Source: Dehalococcoidia bacterium (lineage in GTDB: Bacteria > Chloroflexota > Dehalococcoidia > GIF9 > AB-539-J10). Taken from it: a stretch of DNA of 64,000 nucleotides. This document shows positions 57,561 to 64,000 of the stretch, piece by piece; position 1 is the first letter of the stretch, and the number at the start of each line of letters is the position of its first letter. The position numbers and the translations under genes are program-made. The stretch covers positions 96,395 through 160,394 of the forward strand of contig JAGGVQ010000017.1 of assembly GCA_021157895.1 (NCBI GenBank), read 5' to 3'. The notes below the pieces were generated by a model. That model was not told the origin of the DNA and searched no databases. It saw nothing but the letters and a program-made list of their open reading frames with translations.

Positions 57561-58817
57561 ATGAATATGCTTGAATATATGCCTGTCAGTTCACGGGATA
57601 CTAGGATAGCTCGTATATTAAAACTGGAGCAGGAGAGACAGTCAACCACTTTTAATCTTATAGCCTCTGAGAACTATTGTAGCAAGGATATCCTTGATGC
57701 TCAGGGCTCTATCCTGACTGACAAATATGCTGAAGGATATCCTGGCAAGCGTTATTATGGTGGATGTGAGAATGTCGATGCAGTTGAAACTCTTGCTATT
57801 AATAGGGCTCGGGAGCTATTTCATGCGGAACATGCCAATGTCCAGCCTCATAGTGGAGCACAGGCTAACATGGCAGTGTATGCTGCCCTGCTGGATCCTG
57901 GAGATTCCGCCCTGGGCATGAGCCTTAGCCATGGAGGGCATCTTACGCATGGCTCAAAGGTGAGCTTTTCGGGGAAGTGGTACAGGTTTATTCCATACGG
58001 CGTAGATCCCAAAACGGAATTGATTGATTATGATGCGGTGGAAAATCTGGCCATGAAGTATAGGCCAAAGTTGATTGTTGCTGGAGCTAGCGCTTACCCT
58101 AGAATTATCGATTTTCAGAGGTTTCGCTATATAGCCAACAGGGTGGGAGCCAAATTATTAGTTGACATGGCCCACATAGTTGGGATAATTGCTGCTGGTT
58201 TACATCCTTCTCCTGTACCCTATGCTCATGTAGTTACCTCTACGATGCAGAAGACCCTTCGGGGTCCAAGAGGCGGGTTTATTTTGAGTAATGGCGATTT
58301 GGCTCGTACTATCGACTCTGCTGTATTTCCTGGGATACAGGGAGGTCCCTTTATGCACATTATTGCTGCTAAGGCCATATGTTTCTTTGAGGCGATGCAG
58401 CCTGATTTTATAGACTACCAGAGAAGGGTGCTTAAAAATGCCAGTGTGCTGGCTTCAGAATTCCAATCCCATGGATTACGCATTGTTTCAGGGGGAACAG
58501 ATAACCACATGGTTCTTGTTGACCTTTCTCCTTTGGGAATGAGCGGCAGAGATGCAGAGGAAGCTTTGGCGAGTGCAGGAATCTTTGTAAATAGGAATGC
58601 CATACCGTTTGATCCCAAGCCCCCACGTGTAGCTAGCGGAATAAGAGTAGGGACTCCAGCATTGACGACTCGAGGTTTTGGTGCGAACGAGACAAAGGTT
58701 GTAGCCGACCTCATCATTAAGGTTATTTCACATCTGGGTGAAGAAAAGGTGGTAAAACAGGTTCGTGCCGAGGTGAAACAGATGTGTCATGATTTTCCCA
58801 TTCCAAGAACTGTGTAA
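57561..58817 (+). CDS. glyA: Serine hydroxymethyltransferase
   Basis: About 418 aa starting at the ATG at 57561. [16 protein letters not shown] and the PLP-Lys region ([14 protein letters not shown]) are present. The exact start is ambiguous (ATG at 57561, 57567 or 57579). The track start at 57510 is unlikely. Confidence 0.92.
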   Translation: MNMLEYMPVSSRDTRIARILKLEQERQSTTFNLIASENYCSKDILDAQGSILTDKYAEGYPGKRYYGGCENVDAVETLAINRARELFHAEHANVQPHSGAQANMAVYAALLDPGDSALGMSLSHGGHLTHGSKVSFSGKWYRFIPYGVDPKTELIDYDAVENLAMKYRPKLIVAGASAYPRIIDFQRFRYIANRVGAKLLVDMAHIVGIIAAGLHPSPVPYAHVVTSTMQKTLRGPRGGFILSNGDLARTIDSAVFPGIQGGPFMHIIAAKAICFFEAMQPDFIDYQRRVLKNASVLASEFQSHGLRIVSGGTDNHMVLVDLSPLGMSGRDAEEALASAGIFVNRNAIPFDPKPPRVASGIRVGTPALTTRGFGANETKVVADLIIKVISHLGEEKVVKQVRAEVKQMCHDFPIPRTV

Positions 58818-58911
58818 ATTGCCTCTTTGTAGTTCTGTGGATTTGCCGTTTATGGGAGCTAATATATTGGCATTTGCATTGGCTAGTTTTACAAACTTTG
58901 GGTGTTGTTGA

Positions 58912-58920
58912 TGCTATAAT
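58912..58920 (+). promoter_or_regulatory. Extended -10 promoter element upstream of prs (TGcTATAAT)
   Basis: TGCTATAAT lies at 58912..58920, 20 nt upstream of the prs ATG, with GGAAGAG in between. There is no good -35 at 17-nt spacing. Confidence 0.45.
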
Positions 58921-58940
58921 TTGTTTGGAAGAGCGCTGGT

Positions 58941-59879
58941 ATGGATGAATTAAAGGTATTTGCAGGGAATGCTTACCCTGGTTTGGCTCAGGGCGTGTGT
59001 GATTATCTGGGCATACCTTTAGGTAAGGCAGAGGTATTTGAGTTTAGCAATGAAAATATTTTTGTTCGGATACTGGAAAATGTTCGGCAGCGTGATATCT
59101 TTGTTGTCCAACCAATTTGTTCTCCTGTTAATAAGAACCTCGTCGAGTTATTGATTATGATTGATGCCCTCAAGCGAGCGTCTGCGGGAAGGATAACTGC
59201 AGTTGTGCCTTATTATGGTTATGGTCGAACTGATAAAAAAGATCAACCTCGAGTTCCAATAACTGCACGCCTAGTTGCTGATTTACTGACCACTGCGGGA
59301 GCAAGTAGGTTACTTACTGTTGATTTGCATGCTCCTCAAATTCAGGGTTTCTTTAGTGTCCCGGTAGACGAGCTAACTGGTTTGTTCCTGTTAAGTCAAT
59401 ATTTTCGAGAGAAGAATTTGCAGGAATTGGTAGTGGTAGCTACTGATATTGGCATAACTAAGAGGGCACGTGATCTGGCTGCCCGGCTTGCTTCTCCACT
59501 TGCTATTGTTGAGAAGAGACGCTTGGGGAATAGTGATACCACTGAAACCTTGAATGTGATTGGGTCAGTTCAAGGCAAATGTGCCCTGACTGTGGATGAT
59601 GAAATTGATACTGCCGGCTCCTTATCTGGCGTGGTAAATACTCTTCTCGAGCATGGAGTCTCTCAGGTTTATTCTTGTTGTACTCATCCTGTTTTCTCGG
59701 GATTGGCTGTGCAGAGGATAGCTACGAGTCCGGTTAAAGAAGTGGTGGTTACCGACACTTTGCCTGTAGAGGGAGATAAGAAGTTAGAGAAAATCACTGT
59801 CTTGCCTGTAGCGCCACTGCTTGGTGAAGCTATACATCGGATTCACACTGGGTTGTCGGTGGGAGCCATGTTTGAGTAA
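58941..59879 (+). CDS. prs: Ribose-phosphate pyrophosphokinase
   Basis: 312 aa. The PRPP-binding loop (VDDEIDTAGSL) and DLHAPQIQGFF are Prs signatures. Confidence 0.93.
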   Translation: MDELKVFAGNAYPGLAQGVCDYLGIPLGKAEVFEFSNENIFVRILENVRQRDIFVVQPICSPVNKNLVELLIMIDALKRASAGRITAVVPYYGYGRTDKKDQPRVPITARLVADLLTTAGASRLLTVDLHAPQIQGFFSVPVDELTGLFLLSQYFREKNLQELVVVATDIGITKRARDLAARLASPLAIVEKRRLGNSDTTETLNVIGSVQGKCALTVDDEIDTAGSLSGVVNTLLEHGVSQVYSCCTHPVFSGLAVQRIATSPVKEVVVTDTLPVEGDKKLEKITVLPVAPLLGEAIHRIHTGLSVGAMFE

Positions 59880-59881
59880 CG

Positions 59882-62479
59882 ATGTTTCAATGGTTCAACA
59901 GGCTGATTGATTCTAACGAGAAAGAATTAAAACATCTACGGGCAGTGGTAGCTGAAATTGATGCCTGGGAGCCTGATCTTAAGCGTCTCAGTGACATTGA
60001 GCTTCGAAACAAAACCGCTAATTTTAAAGCGCGATTAGCCGCAGGGATCAATACAGAAGGGGTATTACCAGAGGCGTATGCTGTGGTCAGGGAAGTAGCG
60101 AAACGTGTGCTTGGACAGAGACATTTCGAGGTCCAACTTATGGGGGGCATTGCACTTCATCAGGGCAAGATAGTTGAAATGAGCACTGGTGAAGGAAAAA
60201 CTCTGGTGGCCACTTTACCCTTGTATCTTAATGCTCTTTTGGGCAATGGCTGTCACTTGGTTACTGTGAATGATTATTTAGCCAAGCGTGATTGCCAATG
60301 GATGGGGCCGATTTATCATGCATTAGGGATTAGTGTTGCCTGTATACATGCTCAGCAGTCGCCAGATGCCCCGGCTCCATCATATATTTATGATCCTAGC
60401 TATGGGGAAAGTAATGACAGGTGGCGTTATATGCGTCCTGTTTCTCGTCGCCAGGCGTATGAAGCAGATATAACTTATGGTACAAATAATGAATTTGGGT
60501 TTGATTACCTCAGGGACAACATGGTTTCCGACTTATCTCAATGTGTGCAGAGACCACTCAATTATGCCATCGTTGATGAGGTTGATAACATCCTGATTGA
60601 TGAGGCGCGCACCCCTCTAATCATCAGTGGTTCTGCACAGGAGGCTACGGAGAAATATTCTATTTTTGCTCGTATAGCTGCCCATCTTAAAGAAGATGCT
60701 GATTATACCATTGAGGAGAGAACGCGAACGGTTGCTCTTACCGACGATGGTATTACCCGAATAGAGGCATTACTTGGAAGATCAGGATTGCTTAAAGCTC
60801 CTAACCTTTATGATCCTCCTAATCATCTTCTTATCCAGTATATGGAAAGTGCACTCAAGGCTCATGCTCTCTTCAAAAGAGATCGTGACTACATGGTGAA
60901 AAATGGTCAAGTTGTCATAGTAGATGAATTTACTGGCAGGCTAATGTTTGGGAGAAGGTATTCTGAGGGTTTACACCAGGCGATTGAGGCTAAAGAAGGA
61001 GTGCGTGTCCAGAGGGAGAGTGTAACGTTAGCCACGATAACGTTTCAAAACTATTTTCGCATGTATCATAAATTGGCAGGTATGACAGGCACTGCAGTTA
61101 CTGAGGCAGAAGAGTTTCACAAGATTTATGGATTAGAAGTGGTTGTCATTCCTACTAATAAGCCACTTATCCGCATAGATGCCCCTGACCAGATTTACCG
61201 CAATGAGAACAGTAAATTTCTAGCAGTAGTTTCTGAAATTGAACAAGTTCATGCTCAGGGCAGGCCTGTCTTGATTGGGACAACATCTATTGAAAAATCA
61301 GAACATTTGAGTGATATGTTGCGGAGAAAAGGTATCCCCCATCAGGTCTTAAACGCTAAAAATCACGAGAAGGAAGCGGACATTGTTGCTCAAGCTGGTA
61401 GTCCGGGAATGGTTACTGTAGCCACCCACATGGCTGGGCGAGGTGTTGATATCATCCTTGGAGGAAATCCTGAACTCAGTGACAGGGATGAATGGTTAAA
61501 GAAACATAATCAGGTGGTAGGTTTGGGCGGTCTCCATGTTATAGGTATGGAACATCACGAAGCTAGGCGCATTGATAATCAGCTTCGAGGTAGAGCAGGA
61601 AGGCAAGGGGATCCTGGAAGTTCTCGTTTTTATGCTTCTCTAGAGGATGATATCGTACGCCGTTTTGGTGGTGAGCGAATCGGCAAACTTATGAATTGGG
61701 TCGGCATGGATGAAGAGACTCCTATTGAGCACCCAATAGTTACCAAGGCAATAGCGAATGCTCAAGTTCAAACGGAAGGCTATTATTCTGATATTCGTAA
61801 ACATCTTGTAGAATACGATGATGTTGTTAACAGACATCGGGAGATTATTTATGCTGAGCGTAAGAAAGCCTTAAGTGGAACTGATCTCAAAACGAACATT
61901 ATTTCTATGATCCAGGAAGAGATTCAGGCTTTAGTCTTAAGCCGAATTGATGATGATTTAGTTGAGATTGATATTTCTCGCTTGCTTAATGATGTCTCTA
62001 CCATATTTCCTGTGCCACCACTTTTTAAGGATGGGGGCCTATCAGGACTTAATCCGGGCCAGATTGTGGATAAATTGAATGATTATGCTGTGCAGCTGTA
62101 TGCCCAACGGGAACATGATATTGGTCCTGACAACATGCGTATTGTAGAGCGTCTTGTCATACTTCGCGTTATTGATAGTTTGTGGAAGGATCATCTTACT
62201 GCGCTGGAGCATATGCGCCAAGGGGTAGGTTTGAGAGCTATAGGGCAACAGGATCCTCTGGTAGTATACAAAAGAGAAGGACATGCCCTATTTGAAGCCC
62301 TACTTGGTGGCATACGGCATGACGTTGTTTATGGTATTTACCATGTTGGTATTGCCAAAGAAACTCCACGGCGAAAGAAATTACCCGAAATGATTGGTAA
62401 AAAAAAGGTTGGTCGCAATGATCCATGCCCTTGCGGATCGGGCAAGAAATATAAATATTGTTGTGGTCGTTCGCAATAA
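59882..62479 (+). CDS. secA: Preprotein translocase ATPase SecA
   Basis: 865 aa with a Walker A motif (MSTGEGKTL), a DEAD-like VDEVD, and the C-terminal zinc-binding tail CPCGSGKKYKYCCG. Confidence 0.96.
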   Translation: MFQWFNRLIDSNEKELKHLRAVVAEIDAWEPDLKRLSDIELRNKTANFKARLAAGINTEGVLPEAYAVVREVAKRVLGQRHFEVQLMGGIALHQGKIVEMSTGEGKTLVATLPLYLNALLGNGCHLVTVNDYLAKRDCQWMGPIYHALGISVACIHAQQSPDAPAPSYIYDPSYGESNDRWRYMRPVSRRQAYEADITYGTNNEFGFDYLRDNMVSDLSQCVQRPLNYAIVDEVDNILIDEARTPLIISGSAQEATEKYSIFARIAAHLKEDADYTIEERTRTVALTDDGITRIEALLGRSGLLKAPNLYDPPNHLLIQYMESALKAHALFKRDRDYMVKNGQVVIVDEFTGRLMFGRRYSEGLHQAIEAKEGVRVQRESVTLATITFQNYFRMYHKLAGMTGTAVTEAEEFHKIYGLEVVVIPTNKPLIRIDAPDQIYRNENSKFLAVVSEIEQVHAQGRPVLIGTTSIEKSEHLSDMLRRKGIPHQVLNAKNHEKEADIVAQAGSPGMVTVATHMAGRGVDIILGGNPELSDRDEWLKKHNQVVGLGGLHVIGMEHHEARRIDNQLRGRAGRQGDPGSSRFYASLEDDIVRRFGGERIGKLMNWVGMDEETPIEHPIVTKAIANAQVQTEGYYSDIRKHLVEYDDVVNRHREIIYAERKKALSGTDLKTNIISMIQEEIQALVLSRIDDDLVEIDISRLLNDVSTIFPVPPLFKDGGLSGLNPGQIVDKLNDYAVQLYAQREHDIGPDNMRIVERLVILRVIDSLWKDHLTALEHMRQGVGLRAIGQQDPLVVYKREGHALFEALLGGIRHDVVYGIYHVGIAKETPRRKKLPEMIGKKKVGRNDPCPCGSGKKYKYCCGRSQ

Positions 62480-62783
62480 AAGTTTGTAGAGGAAGTTGAG
62501 CATGCGCTTAATGATGGCCAAGCATCTCAGGTATCTGGGCTTGGAGATAAGACCGCAGAGAGCTTTTCTGGCCAAGTTAAAGCACTATGCCGTAGGGATC
62601 AGCATGTCTCTGGTGGCGAGGTTTAATCTGTTGTGTAAGATCTCATTACCTTTCTTGGAGTTATGCAGGGTATGAAGAGGATGGCTGGTGGTGGGAGTAT
62701 TTTGGGTGATTCTCCCTTCGGGATAGCTTGTGAGTTGATCACAGCTTGTCCTGATTGTTTTTCTTGCCTGATAGGAGAATGGA

Positions 62784-63452
62784 ATGTCTATCTTGATGGG
62801 TGATGACCAAGCTATCCAGCATTTGAAGGATGCTGTGGCTGAAGGGCAGAATTGGTATATTTCTTTGCTTGAAGCTATTAAGTTGTGGGTAGGCACCGAA
62901 GAGGACTACGAAGATCGTCATTATCGTTACCTTATTGACGGGGAGGCCTTTGACTGGTTGCTGTTGGCAGAGCGGCTGTGCAGGGAAATTGATGGATTTA
63001 TTCCTGAGAAAGAAAAAACTAATTTACTTTTTTTTGATAGACCGCCAGTAGAGCTAGGCAAAGATGAGTTTCAACGTTTGATTGGTAAAGCCAAATACAA
63101 AGCTTATCTCAATTATCTCTATGGGGTCCTCGTTGAGAAATTTTTGATCTTGTCTGTGATTGATGAGATACGCAAAAGAAGGAGAGTTTTAGGTTTATTG
63201 GGAGATGGTGGTATTGCAGATGAGGCTCACAAACAAATTTATGGCGCTACCCAGTCGGTATTACTAAGGCGCTTCCGCAAGGAAAGAGGTTATTCGCAAC
63301 GTAGATCCATTGGGATTGGAGAATTTGACGAGTTTATTTACTGGTTATTTAAGCAACGTATGAGGATATCTGATAAGTCTCTTGTTGCCAGTGATACCAA
63401 GCGGGCTTTGCTCAAGTTGCGTGGTTGCCTGAAACCGGAAGGATATAGGTAA
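62784..63452 (+). CDS. Hypothetical 222-aa soluble protein, no recognisable family
   Basis: The ATG is preceded by AGGAGAA 4 nt upstream. The protein is helical-looking and charged, with no TM segment or signal peptide. It is convergent with valS (2-nt gap). Confidence 0.6.
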   Translation: MSILMGDDQAIQHLKDAVAEGQNWYISLLEAIKLWVGTEEDYEDRHYRYLIDGEAFDWLLLAERLCREIDGFIPEKEKTNLLFFDRPPVELGKDEFQRLIGKAKYKAYLNYLYGVLVEKFLILSVIDEIRKRRRVLGLLGDGGIADEAHKQIYGATQSVLLRRFRKERGYSQRRSIGIGEFDEFIYWLFKQRMRISDKSLVASDTKRALLKLRGCLKPEGYR

Positions 63453-63454
63453 TA

Positions 63455-64000
63455 TTAGCTGAGCTGTGATAGCTCTGAGTTCAATCTTTCTGTTTTGTCT
63501 TCCAGGGTATGGAGTTTCTCTTGCTCATTTCTAATGACATGTGCTGGTGCTTTAGTCAGGAAGGCATTGTCACTTAATCTCGATCGTATTTTGTTGATCA
63601 TGGCTATACTCGCTATGATTTCATTGCCTAAGCGTTGTTTCTCCTTGGATATGTCAATCAGTCCTGCCCATGGCAAAACTACCTCAGCGTTGTGTAATAC
63701 CAACACCAATGATTGGCTATCCGTTTTTTTTCTTCTTTTCTTGGACAATATTGTAAGAGGATGGACCCGTGCCAGTTTCTGTATGACCTGTGATTGGGAG
63801 TTGATGTAAGGTATCAGTTCATCGGAATATATCTGAGCTTCTATCCATTGGGAGGAGATAACCTTGTATTGGGCGCGAGCGTTACGGATGGAGCGAATAA
63901 TATCCACTATTGATGTCATAGTCTTTTCTGCATTAGGGTCGATTATCTTATCATTAATGGTAGGGTATGGGGCTATCATGATGGATTCTGGCATTTGTTG
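63455..64000 (-). CDS. valS: Valyl-tRNA synthetase, C-terminal fragment (gene continues beyond window end)
   Basis: The frame is open to the window edge. SIMIAPYP, the anticodon-binding end, and the C-terminal coiled coil (EKQRL...LSDNAFLTKAPAHVIRNEQEKL) are typical of ValRS. Confidence 0.85.
   Translation of the reverse strand, partial: QQMPESIMIAPYPTINDKIIDPNAEKTMTSIVDIIRSIRNARAQYKVISSQWIEAQIYSDELIPYINSQSQVIQKLARVHPLTILSKKRRKKTDSQSLVLVLHNAEVVLPWAGLIDISKEKQRLGNEIIASIAMINKIRSRLSDNAFLTKAPAHVIRNEQEKLHTLEDKTERLNSELSQLS

Noticed and set aside
62585-62896. A 103-aa minus-strand ORF in the secA-downstream spacer, overlapping the start of the 222-aa gene.
   Set aside because: It has no SD. It overlaps the SD-supported start of the plus-strand 222-aa ORF. 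The translation is compositionally odd (His/Thr/Ser/Ile-rich) with no recognisable features.

Overview
This window is a densely packed core-chromosome segment with about 62 protein genes and 4 tRNAs. I found no rRNA, CRISPR array, transposase, integrase or phage genes. The content is mostly housekeeping:
- **Lipid, arginine and repair genes:** the dnaJ 3' end, der-plsY-gpsA, argF, polA, mutM, def, yebC-ruvC-ruvA, degV, uvrB, pepA, acyP and rnc.
- **NfnAB-like pair:** a GltD-like/PyrK-like oxidoreductase pair.
- **Translation and isoprenoid block:** rpsB-tsf-frr-cdsA-dxr-rseP-ispG-proS.
- **Contiguous minus-strand operon:** thrS-infC-rpmI-rplT-pheS-pheT.
- **Acyl-CoA and amino-acid genes:** acd-hbd, trpS and an Lrp-regulator/aminotransferase pair.
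- **Other genes:** gatC and gatA, an EF-G paralog, etfBA, gltX, rluD, lspA, glyA, prs, secA and the valS 3' end.
- **Heat-shock operon:** a CIRCE-preceded hrcA-grpE-dnaK operon.

Several protein features fit a Chloroflexota/Dehalococcoidia-like organism: a 167-aa EF-Ts, a 582-aa ThrRS without a TGS domain, a GNTTWG fingerprint in GpsA, and GatCA together with a U1-A72 tRNA-Gln. That placement is inference from memory, not a search result.

I did not find a convincing self-contained novel multi-gene system of the defence, mobile or biosynthetic kind. The most unusual items are:
1. A divergent PEPCK-like gene sits 9 nt behind dnaK, in the slot usually held by dnaJ.
2. A two-gene cassette with its own promoter encodes secreted or anchored beta-rich proteins of unknown family.
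3. An EF-G paralog carries Tyr in place of the switch-II catalytic His.
4. infC appears to start at AUA behind a good Shine-Dalgarno (SD) sequence.
5. An unannotated 47-aa basic ORF is coupled to rnc.
6. A 222-aa orphan follows a 304-nt spacer downstream of secA.

All motif comparisons were done by eye from remembered consensus sequences and need database confirmation.
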